Below the pieces are notes generated by a model. That model was given only the letters and a program-made list of their open reading frames with translations. It ran no database searches and had not been told where the DNA came from. From IMG/VR virus record IMGVR_UViG_3300030019_000007: a stretch of DNA of 42,868 nt. One strand, written 5' to 3'. Made by a program: the position numbers and the translations under genes. Of this stretch, positions 1-7,708 are shown piece by piece (the first letter of the stretch is position 1; the number at the start of each line of letters is the position of its first letter). Source of the stretch: a virus (Duplodnaviria > Heunggongvirae > Uroviricota > Caudoviricetes).

Positions 1-43
1 TTAATTTGAGTGGGGTAGGAAAATAAAATACAATAAAAAGAAT

Positions 44-72
44 AAAGGTATCCCTAAGGGGGGTACCTTTTA
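44..72 (+). terminator. probable intrinsic terminator hairpin
   Basis: AAAGGTATCCC...GGGGTACCTTT inverted repeat ending in T-run. Confidence 0.55.
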
Positions 73-305
73 GTAAACTTCTGGGTAAAAGCCAGGTCTC
101 TTCGATGGGAAAAAGATACAAACTTATATAAGACAGATGAAAAGAATAATCATGGAACAGACTATGCTTCTAATTGTTGATGCAGCAGAGTTTACTACAG
201 ATGCCAAATATAATGCATTTTTTGCATTATTTGATACTATAGAGACAGCAAATCTCTTATATTATGTCGAAAAAGAAAATAATTAAACAAATAAAAACAA
301 TTATT

Positions 306-641
306 ATGGAAACAAAAGCTTCAAAATTAATGAAGTCCGCTCAGAGTGTCGAAAGTCGCGCTGATGCATTTCTTATCTCTATCAAGAGAGACCTGAAAAA
401 GGAAATTCTTGACCCACTTGTTGTAAGACAAGAGCAAATTGCAGATCAGATTTATCAAGCCTCTGATTTCAATTTAGACACCGATTTAAATAAAGGTGTT
501 GTACAATTAACCAAAGCACAATGTCAAACGCGCTTCAAGAAACTTATTGACTTAAATTACGAGTTAACACTCGTTAATGCAGAGTTAGTAATCAAACAGA
601 AAGCATTTGACGAATACTTTGAAGAAGGTGGAAAGGCCTAA
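306..641 (+). CDS. hypothetical helical/coiled-coil protein
   Basis: ORF 264..641; ATG at 306 (METKASK) follows an A-rich Bacteroidota-type leader. Confidence 0.7.
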   Translation: METKASKLMKSAQSVESRADAFLISIKRDLKKEILDPLVVRQEQIADQIYQASDFNLDTDLNKGVVQLTKAQCQTRFKKLIDLNYELTLVNAELVIKQKAFDEYFEEGGKA

Positions 642-1275
642 TTATTACATAAGTTGTCCTATTTCTGTTGATCAGAAATTTATAGACGACTGTTCCGCCA
701 CTCTTTACGGTATGGGAGCTCAACCCATATCATGGGAAAGAGGTACTCCTTACGACCATCAAGAGGATATTGACACATGTGATGGATTTGTTCTCATATT
801 ACCTGAGAATAAATTTTCAATGGAGGTTGATGATTTACCTGTTGGATGTAGGAGAGAATTAGCTCGTGCTCAAAAAGCATTAAGACCTATATGTTTATCT
901 TATAAAGTTATGAATGGCGAATCTAAAATCTTTTCCTCAAATATTAATAATCCTGGAAGATCTGGATCTGGGGGTTTTTATGCGGGTAGAGCAGGTTCCC
1001 AACATCTTATCAAGGAAATGATTCAAGAACAATTTGAGCTAAAGAATAAAAAGACATACTTACAAGGAGTGTCTGCAAATTTTGCAAATGCTACAAAAGC
1101 TTGTGATTTTTCCGGTGTAATTGATAGTGGCTATAAAGGATTAAAAATTCCATCACTGTTAGATAAATCTCTGGATGAAATAATAGCAAATAGAACTACT
1201 CCTCAAGAATTTCCAACTCATTTTATATTAGTTGATGGAGCTTCTATTTATGATCGTAGACTTCTTTTAGTTTAA
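628..1275 (+). CDS. nucleoside 2-deoxyribosyltransferase/DUF4406-like fold protein with C-terminal DRRLLLV
   Basis: YISCP...CDGFVLIL...GCRRELARA resembles the YISxP / CDxxxxL / GxxxE pattern; start uncertain (GTG 628 or TTG 607). Confidence 0.5.
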   Translation: MERPNYYISCPISVDQKFIDDCSATLYGMGAQPISWERGTPYDHQEDIDTCDGFVLILPENKFSMEVDDLPVGCRRELARAQKALRPICLSYKVMNGESKIFSSNINNPGRSGSGGFYAGRAGSQHLIKEMIQEQFELKNKKTYLQGVSANFANATKACDFSGVIDSGYKGLKIPSLLDKSLDEIIANRTTPQEFPTHFILVDGASIYDRRLLLV

Positions 1276-1279
1276 TATT

Positions 1280-1459
1280 ATGGAAGAACAATGGGAAATT
1301 TTAGTTAAACCCAATTATCAAGAGTGTTTTCAAGAAATGATAGCCAATTCCAATAAATTGGGGGCTTGTAAAGTAGTTTCTGCAAATGAGTTAACAGAAA
1401 TGTTGGCTAATGCTTTTGTAAAGAAAACTCCTGATAGAAGATTACTCTTAACCTTATAA
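1280..1459 (+). CDS. 59-aa hypothetical protein ending DRRLLLTL
   Basis: Translated by eye (MEEQWEILVKPNY...KKTPDRRLLLTL); below ORF-track cutoff, tightly packed between neighbours. Confidence 0.7.
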   Translation: MEEQWEILVKPNYQECFQEMIANSNKLGACKVVSANELTEMLANAFVKKTPDRRLLLTL

Positions 1460-1461
1460 TT

Positions 1462-1668
1462 ATGGAAACCATTAATTGGAGACTCACAGATAAAGAACGA
1501 TTAAATATAGAGCAATTTATACGTGAACATTATCTAGTAATAGAAGGAATAGTAATTAGGGATTACGTTGATTTAGTAAAACATTATCCAGCAAAGATTA
1601 GATTTTTAGAACGACCTTTCCCATTAAGGGAGCATACTGTTGATAGAAGACTTCTATTAACATTGTAG
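1462..1668 (+). CDS. 68-aa hypothetical protein ending DRRLLLTL
   Basis: ORF track; same C-terminus as the two preceding ORFs. Confidence 0.7.
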   Translation: METINWRLTDKERLNIEQFIREHYLVIEGIVIRDYVDLVKHYPAKIRFLERPFPLREHTVDRRLLLTL

Positions 1669-1681
1669 GAAACTACATAAT

Positions 1682-1765
1682 GGCCTAGTGGCGGAATTGG
1701 TGTACGCAACGGACTTAAAATCCGTGACCCATCTGGGTTTGTGGGTCCGAGTCCCACCTAGGCTA
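1682..1765 (+). tRNA. tRNA-Leu (TAA)
   Basis: GGCCTAG/CTAGGCT acceptor, ACGGA-CT TAA AA-TCCGT, long V-arm, A73. Confidence 0.93.
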
Positions 1766-1770
1766 CTTCC

Positions 1771-1925
1771 GCTGATCTAACTCAGAGTAAGGATCAGCCG
1801 AACGTGATGGCAACGTTAGCTTTAACCAATGATGTTGTGCGATAAAAGCTTTTGGGTCTCGAAAGAGATACGGGCTCAATTCTACAGACAAAAGTCTGAA
1901 ACAAGCTGACAGCAGGAAAGACTGC
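1771..1925 (+). ncRNA. putative multi-hairpin structured RNA
   Basis: Six consecutive stems in a GC-enriched spacer between two tRNA-Leu genes. Confidence 0.45.
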
Positions 1926-1930
1926 AACAT

Positions 1931-2012
1931 GCGCGTGTGATGGAATGGTAGACATTCTAGCCCTAGGAGCTAGTGCCAACAAGGCGTGAGAGTTCGAGTC
2001 TCTCCGCGCGTA
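1931..2012 (+). tRNA. tRNA-Leu (TAG)
   Basis: GCGCGTG/CGCGCGT acceptor, CTAGC-CC TAG GA-GCTAG, V-arm, TTCGAGT T-loop. Confidence 0.92.
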
Positions 2013-2023
2013 CGATATCCGTT

Positions 2024-2313
2024 GATATTATGAAAGTTATGTGGACTTGGGTTCGAATCCCAAATGCTCCACCTAAACAATTAATTGTAAGTGAGTTAGG
2101 GGAATTACAGAATATACGTAATTCCTAAACCTCTAAAATACAAGGGGCATACAGGCTTTTGACAGGTAATGGAAGTAATGTCTGATTCTAAGGAGTAATC
2201 CTGAAGGATAAAATGAGTATCAGCTTTAAACGGCAAAACAAAAATCACAATGGCTTCTCGCACACAAGTTAGACTTGCGGCGTAACCCGTCTGTCCTGAA
2301 CGAAATCAGGACA
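2024..2313 (+). ncRNA. ssrA: circularly permuted (two-piece) tmRNA
   Basis: T-arm plus ATGCTCC-A-CC (2064-2073) lies upstream of 5' strand GGGGCAT (2144-2150); pairing gives G3-U70; tag ORF 2232-2285 GKTKITMASRTQVRLAA*. Confidence 0.85.
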
Positions 2314-2318
2314 TTTTT
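2292..2318 (+). terminator. hairpin/terminator closing the tmRNA coding piece
   Basis: TGTCCTGA-ACGAAA-TCAGGACA-TTTTT. Confidence 0.65.
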
Positions 2319-2397
2319 GGGGTGGTAGCTCAGTTGGTTAGAGCGTCTTATTGAGTAATCAAGAAGAATACTACGGTTCGAATCCGTACCTGCCCCA
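2319..2397 (+). tRNA. atypical tRNA-like element (no canonical anticodon loop)
   Basis: Acceptor, GCTC/GAGC D-arm and TACGG-TTCGAAT-CCGTA intact; anticodon arm TCTTATTGAGTAATCAAGA is irregular. Confidence 0.65.
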
Positions 2398-2405
2398 CAA
2401 TAAAT

Positions 2406-2501
2406 GGATCTGTATCATAGTTGGTAATGATTAAGGATAGTAGAGATGAAATGTACAACTATTTATACACCTTACCGGAGGTTCGATTCCTCCTGGGTCC
2501 A
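2406..2501 (+). tRNA. tRNA-like element with 33-nt expanded anticodon loop
   Basis: GGATCTG/TGGGTCC, TCAT/ATGA D-stem, TAAGG...CCTTA enclosing 33 nt, GGAGG-TTCGATT-CCTCC. Confidence 0.65.
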
Positions 2502-2504
2502 CAT

Positions 2505-2578
2505 GGGTCTATCGTTCAATTGGATAGGATAAAGCGGTAGGTACTGCGACAACTTGGGTTCGATTCCCATTAGATCCA
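2505..2578 (+). tRNA. atypical tRNA-like element
   Basis: GGGTCTA/TAGATCC acceptor, D- and T-arms present; anticodon arm GCGGT-AGGT-ACTGC has a 4-nt loop. Confidence 0.6.
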
Positions 2579-2592
2579 CAAATATTTATAAA

Positions 2593-2958
2593 ATGAAAAA
2601 GTTCAAATTTAAAATCCCTCTTTATGATTGGGATATTACTTTTATAGAAGTTACTTCTAAGAAAGATGCTAAGAAAATTGGTAAAATTTATAAGAAGTTT
2701 AAAGCAGATAAAGAATCTAGAGAAGATATTGTTCATGCTATTAAGAAAGGACGTGTAAATGGTGGAAGATTCACCTATGATACTCTTTATTGTGAGGCTA
2801 TAATTCTTATTTTTAAGACTACTTCTAAGAAAGAAAGAAGAAAAGTAATTAGACATGAAAGTAGACATTGTGAAGACAGAGTCTTACAACATGCTCATGT
2901 TTATGATATTGAAGCTTCAGCTTATTTAGCTGGATTTTTAGCTAGTAAAATCTACTAG
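2593..2958 (+). CDS. hypothetical protein with HExxH motif
   Basis: HESRH plus downstream E (EASAY); the ORF-track N-terminal extension runs through a tRNA-like element. Confidence 0.6.
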   Translation: MKKFKFKIPLYDWDITFIEVTSKKDAKKIGKIYKKFKADKESREDIVHAIKKGRVNGGRFTYDTLYCEAIILIFKTTSKKERRKVIRHESRHCEDRVLQHAHVYDIEASAYLAGFLASKIY

Positions 2959-2963
2959 AATAT

Positions 2964-3034
2964 GCCGCGGTATCATAAAGAAATGAATCAATCTTCTAAA
3001 TTGAACTATGTAGGCCCGTTACCTATTCGCGGTA
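2964..3034 (+). tRNA. tRNA-Arg (TCT), degenerate T-loop
   Basis: GCCGCGG/TCGCGGT, TCAAT-CT TCT AA-ATTGA; T-loop CCCGTTA non-canonical. Confidence 0.75.
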
Positions 3035-3053
3035 CAAAATAATTATCCGAACC

Positions 3054-3085
3054 TTTGCTTTATTTGTGTTTTTTATGTACCTTTG
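3054..3085 (+). promoter_or_regulatory. Bacteroidota housekeeping-sigma promoter of HNH gene
   Basis: TTTG (3054) + 20 nt + TACCTTTG (3078). Confidence 0.7.
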
Positions 3086-3105
3086 TGGGTACGAAAAATA
3101 TAAAT

Positions 3106-3705
3106 ATGGAAAAGTATAATAAAAAAGAATTAGAAAAATTTATCTTAATTGATAAATTAAGTTATGAAGAAATTGGAATAAAATACAATTGTTCCGGCAG
3201 TAATATTAAGAAAGTTGCAAAAGCAAAAGGAATTGATTTACCCATTAGAAGAAATGTTAATCCTTTAGAAGCTTTTAATAAAGGTTCTTATAAAAAGCAC
3301 TATTGTTTGAATTGTAAAAAAGAGCTAGAATATCATGCTAAATATAATACAACATATTGCAATGTCCAATGTCAAACTGAATATGCTCTTAATAAAAAAT
3401 ATGAATTATTTCTTTCTAATCCAGAAGAAAACCAAAGAGCCAATTTTAGCTATTCCACATTAAAACCAATAATATTAAAAGAACAGGATCACAAATGTGC
3501 TATATGTTCAATGGAGGATAGATGGAATAATAAACCATTAGTCTTTATTATGGATCATATTGATGGAAATGCTTCCAACAATACAAGAAAAAATTATAGA
3601 TGTATTTGTCCAAATTGTGATTCACAATTAGATACATATAAATCAAAGAATAAAAATAGTGCCAGGATTACTAGATATAAAACCGGGCCTTCAAATCAAA
3701 ATTAG
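3106..3705 (+). CDS. HNH homing endonuclease
   Basis: CAIC...MDHIDGNASNN...NYRCICPNCDSQ; N-terminal HTH and Zn finger. Confidence 0.9.
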   Translation: MEKYNKKELEKFILIDKLSYEEIGIKYNCSGSNIKKVAKAKGIDLPIRRNVNPLEAFNKGSYKKHYCLNCKKELEYHAKYNTTYCNVQCQTEYALNKKYELFLSNPEENQRANFSYSTLKPIILKEQDHKCAICSMEDRWNNKPLVFIMDHIDGNASNNTRKNYRCICPNCDSQLDTYKSKNKNSARITRYKTGPSNQN

Positions 3706-3707
3706 AT

Positions 3708-4802
3708 ATGTCCAGAATTGACGAATTAGAAGAAAAGATCAGTAAATATGAGGAAATCCTTAAAAAAGCTTTAGGGGGCCCATATGCAATAGGTAAAATA
3801 GTAGCAGGTCCTAGTGAAACAGGACTATTTCGTGTACAAGGTACAGGAGCAAATGTAGAGACTATTCTACCTGCAAGTCCAAAAATTAGAACTCCCAAAC
3901 TTGGGGATAAAGTGCTATGTTCAAAAGAATTTATTATTGAGAAACTCTCAGATAAATTAGAGATAGCTGTAGAACCAGTTAAATTTGATTTTATTGATTG
4001 GGAAGCTGTTGGAGGGATGAAATCCCAAATTGAAAGAATTCGTACTGCTGTAGAATTTCCTTTGTTACATGCAGAAAAGTTCAAATCATTTAATGTAAAA
4101 CCTGTTGGAGGAATTATGTTATATGGCCCACCAGGATGTGGTAAAACTCTTATAGCAAAAGCTATTGCCTCAACCATTTTAAGAAGAGCAGAAAAGATCA
4201 CAAATGATTCTTTTGTATACTTAAAAGGAGGAGAAATGCTCTCACCTTTCGTAGGTGTTGCTGAAAACAATATTAAAGAAGTCTTTGAAAGATGTAGAAG
4301 AAATTTTACTAAAACCAAAGAACGTTCTGTGATTTTTATTGATGAAGCTGAAGCTATTCTACCAGCCAGGGGCTCTAGAATGTCCTCAGATGTTGAGACT
4401 ACTATTGTTCCTACATTCCTCTCAGAAATGGATGGATTTGAACAGAACAATTCTCTTATCATTTTAGCTACTAATCATTTAAATCAAATTGATCCAGCTA
4501 TTTTAAGGCCAGGTCGTATTGATTTAAAGATCGCAATTGAGAAACCTTCACAAGAGGATACTCATGAAATCTTTGAAATTTATTTCAAAAGAATTAAAAC
4601 AGATGCTAATGCTGTAGAATTAGCCCACAAATCGAGTGAAATATTATTCAACTCACCTTTAGCCTACAATGTTTCTGGAGCTATGATTTCTTCTCTTGTC
4701 CAAATGTCTTCTATGGAAGCTATGAAAAGACAAATTACAGACAGTAAATCAAGTAGTTTAGTAACTATTAAAGATATAGAATTTTCTATTAATCATTTTT
4801 AA
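3708..4802 (+). CDS. AAA+ ATPase, proteasome-ATPase (PAN/ARC/Mpa)-like
   Basis: N-terminal coiled coil plus OB-like region, GPPGCGKT, IFIDEAE, ATN...IDPAILRPGRID second region of homology. Confidence 0.88.
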   Translation: MSRIDELEEKISKYEEILKKALGGPYAIGKIVAGPSETGLFRVQGTGANVETILPASPKIRTPKLGDKVLCSKEFIIEKLSDKLEIAVEPVKFDFIDWEAVGGMKSQIERIRTAVEFPLLHAEKFKSFNVKPVGGIMLYGPPGCGKTLIAKAIASTILRRAEKITNDSFVYLKGGEMLSPFVGVAENNIKEVFERCRRNFTKTKERSVIFIDEAEAILPARGSRMSSDVETTIVPTFLSEMDGFEQNNSLIILATNHLNQIDPAILRPGRIDLKIAIEKPSQEDTHEIFEIYFKRIKTDANAVELAHKSSEILFNSPLAYNVSGAMISSLVQMSSMEAMKRQITDSKSSSLVTIKDIEFSINHF

Positions 4803-4825
4803 TCATAAATTTAAATTTTATTACA

Positions 4826-5062
4826 ATGAGCAAATTAAAACAAAAAGAAGAATTGGCATCTGTTGGAGCATCAAGTTTGAATGAGCAATTTACTGAGGTA
4901 AAGGAAGCAGCATCACAATTTCGTACAGTAGAGCTGAAATACAGCAGTTGCTGTGGGTGTGGTTGCCACACTATTAATTTTAAAAGAGAAGTCCCTGTAA
5001 AATCCAAACTTCGCGATGGCGACTTTGTGGATGATATGGAGGATGACGACAAGAGAATCTAA
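4826..5062 (+). CDS. small Cys-cluster protein (SSCCGCGC)
   Basis: ORF track; translationally coupled to the next gene. Confidence 0.65.
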   Translation: MSKLKQKEELASVGASSLNEQFTEVKEAASQFRTVELKYSSCCGCGCHTINFKREVPVKSKLRDGDFVDDMEDDDKRI

Positions 5063-5427
5063 TGAATTCTCTTCTATATTGCTTTGTAGTGGCTTTATGT
5101 GCATGTAGTATTAGTTTTACAATAACTACTACTTCTATGTTCATGTGGCTAAGGGAGTTAATCTCTAAGATACACCATAAATTAGAAGAATTAATTCATT
5201 GTCCATGGTGTTTAGGACATTATGTGGTGTTAACCATCATGTTGTGTACTAAAAGCACTCTATTAAATGTATCAGATTTTGTAATTTTTAATTTTCTGTT
5301 TACTTGGTTCACCATAATAACCCTAATGGGGTTTGGGCATTACATACTCTTACGAGCATATGCACCGGTAGCTGAGGCAATGATGGCGCGCGAGTTTCAA
5401 AAATTAAAGAAAGCAAAGAAAGCTTAA
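5062..5427 (+). CDS. membrane protein, DUF1360-like
   Basis: Hydrophobic segments and ELIHCPWCLG motif. Confidence 0.6.
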   Translation: MNSLLYCFVVALCACSISFTITTTSMFMWLRELISKIHHKLEELIHCPWCLGHYVVLTIMLCTKSTLLNVSDFVIFNFLFTWFTIITLMGFGHYILLRAYAPVAEAMMAREFQKLKKAKKA

Positions 5428-5473
5428 ACAATAAACTCCCGGGAATTTCTCGGGATCTTACTAAAAAATTAAA

Positions 5474-6037
5474 ATGGCAAAAATTGGAGTTATCATTGCT
5501 CGTATGCAACCCATTCATAATGGTCATATAGAGCTGATTAAAAAGTCTTTTCATGAGAATGATGAGACTTTGGTATTTGTAGGTAGTGCTGATAAAATCA
5601 ATGCGCGAAATCCTATACCAATCAGTTTTAGAACTGATATGGTTAGGAAAGCAATAAAAGCGGAAATGCACGCAGAACTTTCAGATATAAATATCAGAGT
5701 ATTACCATTAGATGATTTAGATGATGAATCTAATAATTCCCTAACATGGGGATTCTATCTGTATGCTAAGATTGTTCGAGCAATCGGACAAGATTACTTT
5801 ACAATGTACTACAGTGATGGCTTCGAAGTCATTACTACATGGTTTACTGGTTATATACTAAGAAACCATATATCACTCTCATTATTAGCAAGAGGTAACA
5901 CTGCTTCTGGTGTTTCTGCTACGAAAGTACGAGAACTTATCTTAAATGATGGGGACTTAAAAGAATTAGTACCGCCTATAGTTATTGACAATCAATCTAC
6001 TATTAAGGCATTTATTCAGATTAACAACAAAATTTAA
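5474..6037 (+). CDS. nicotinamide-nucleotide adenylyltransferase (NadM-like)
   Basis: RMQPIHNGH (HxGH), VGSA...RNP, SATKVR motifs. Confidence 0.85.
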   Translation: MAKIGVIIARMQPIHNGHIELIKKSFHENDETLVFVGSADKINARNPIPISFRTDMVRKAIKAEMHAELSDINIRVLPLDDLDDESNNSLTWGFYLYAKIVRAIGQDYFTMYYSDGFEVITTWFTGYILRNHISLSLLARGNTASGVSATKVRELILNDGDLKELVPPIVIDNQSTIKAFIQINNKI

Positions 6038-6193
6038 GCTGTAAAGAAGCAAAGACTCTTGTCACTTTTGTGTAGTTATACTATTTTCGTGTTCACGAAA
6101 AAATAAATTACATGGCAAAAATAAGTTTCGATATGGATAGTAGTTACCGTTATTTTTATGTATCTTTACATATTAATTACAGTAACCACAACC

Positions 6194-7012
6194 ATGGAAA
6201 AACTCAAAAAACTAGGATATATTTATAAAATAACATCTCCTTCAAAAAAAATTTATATAGGTCAAACTTTTTATTTATCAGAAAGAAAGTGTAATTACAA
6301 ATCTCTGAACTGCAAAAAGCAAAAAATTATTTATAATTCTCTTTTAAAATATGGGTGGGGAAATCGTAATGGTGCTGTAGGTGCTGTAGGAGCTGTGGCA
6401 ACTGATGTTGTTTTACAACCTGCTTTTCAATCGTTACAAACACAGATTCAAACTTTACAAGGTCAAGTAGGCGCTAATGACATTCGTAATGAAATGGAAA
6501 GTGTAGAAAATACATTTGCTACTATTAGTTCGGGGCAAACTTCAGCTAATGCTGCTAATTTTAATGCATTAGGAAATCAAATAGGTAACTTACAAACAGC
6601 TCAAGCTGCTGCTAATTACACTACATTAGATTCTATTAATGGATTAGGTAGAGATATTACTGCTGCTCAAAATCAAGCTGCTTTACAACAGTTAAATAGT
6701 TTTAATCAAGTAACTACTACTATTTTACAAGGACAAAATAGTTTAGCAATGCAGAGTCAAAACTCTACTAACCAAATTATTGCTCAAGGAACTGCGATGG
6801 CTGCACAAGTTGCACAATGTTGTTGCGAAATTAAATCTGTTATAGCAACTGATGGAGCTTTAACTCGTGCACTTATTAATGACCTGAATGTTCAAAACTT
6901 AAGAGATCAATTAGCAGCAGCTAATGGTAAAGTAAGTAATAATGAACAAAATCAGTATTTACTAAGTACTATTTTAGCTCATTTCAAACCTACAACAAGT
7001 ATTGTTGCCTAA
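6194..7012 (+). CDS. chimeric ORF: GIY-YIG N-terminal fragment fused to Q/N/A-rich coiled-coil protein with CCCE motif
   Basis: GYIYKITSPSKKIYIGQT...LLKYGW then abrupt composition switch at GWGNRNG. Confidence 0.65.
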   Translation: MEKLKKLGYIYKITSPSKKIYIGQTFYLSERKCNYKSLNCKKQKIIYNSLLKYGWGNRNGAVGAVGAVATDVVLQPAFQSLQTQIQTLQGQVGANDIRNEMESVENTFATISSGQTSANAANFNALGNQIGNLQTAQAAANYTTLDSINGLGRDITAAQNQAALQQLNSFNQVTTTILQGQNSLAMQSQNSTNQIIAQGTAMAAQVAQCCCEIKSVIATDGALTRALINDLNVQNLRDQLAAANGKVSNNEQNQYLLSTILAHFKPTTSIVA

Positions 7013-7021
7013 ATTTTAATT

Positions 7022-7047
7022 AGAAAGGAGAGCAATCTCCTTTCTTT
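7022..7047 (+). terminator. intrinsic terminator
   Basis: AGAAAGGAG-AGCAAT-CTCCTTTCT-TT. Confidence 0.65.
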
Positions 7048-7062
7048 AAATTATTTATTATT

Positions 7063-7359
7063 ATGGCAAGTCCACTAGTAATTGGAACTACAGCAGTAGT
7101 AATAGCACTTGTAAATAAACAACGTGCTAATATCAGATTTCAAAATACATCAGCTACACAAATTATCTATATTAAAAAGATACCCCTAACCGGTACTTAT
7201 ACAGTAGTTTCTGCAACTGATTATGATTTAAAAATGTTGCCTGATAGTGCAACAGGAGAAGGTGGAGAACCTTTTGAAACAAATTCAGTATGCTCATTTA
7301 TGGCTATTTCTAGTGCTGCTGCAGGTACAATAGCTGTTTTTGAAACCAATAATGTTTAA
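7063..7359 (+). CDS. hypothetical beta-rich protein
   Basis: ORF track. Confidence 0.65.
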   Translation: MASPLVIGTTAVVIALVNKQRANIRFQNTSATQIIYIKKIPLTGTYTVVSATDYDLKMLPDSATGEGGEPFETNSVCSFMAISSAAAGTIAVFETNNV

Positions 7360-7363
7360 TATC

Positions 7364-7705
7364 ATGTCAATGGAAAAATTTTTTGCTAAATACGGGAAAC
7401 CTAAATATGCTTTTAAAATGATTTTTAGTGAACTACATGATGCTAAACATGCTTTAAAAGATGGGTTGTTACCCACTAACCGAGAGATATTTGCACCAGA
7501 TATCCCAGATAAAGAGTTTCTTGATTTGTATGAAAAATACATTGATGAGACATTTCCAAATGAATTAGCTGAAGCTGTTATTAAAATAATGGATTTAGCT
7601 GATGCTCAAGGATATGACTTAAAAGAATATATTCCTCTTATTGATAGATATTGTGCATTAAAAAATCCACAACAAACCCCTAAGTTACTAGTTAGATACA
7701 TTTAA
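7364..7705 (+). CDS. MazG-like NTP pyrophosphohydrolase-fold protein (degenerate)
   Basis: MIFSELHDAKHA...ELAEAVIKIMDLA resembles the SELxEA...EELADxxIRxxD pattern. Confidence 0.5.
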   Translation: MSMEKFFAKYGKPKYAFKMIFSELHDAKHALKDGLLPTNREIFAPDIPDKEFLDLYEKYIDETFPNELAEAVIKIMDLADAQGYDLKEYIPLIDRYCALKNPQQTPKLLVRYI

Positions 7706-7708
7706 AAA

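Noticed and set aside
241-257. AGAGA-CAGCAAA-TCTCT hairpin as an ncRNA
   Set aside because: Only 5 bp and lies within a plausible 44-aa ORF starting at 152
6371-6400. GGTGCTGTA tandem repeat
   Set aside because: Simple coding repeat (GAV x3) in a low-complexity protein
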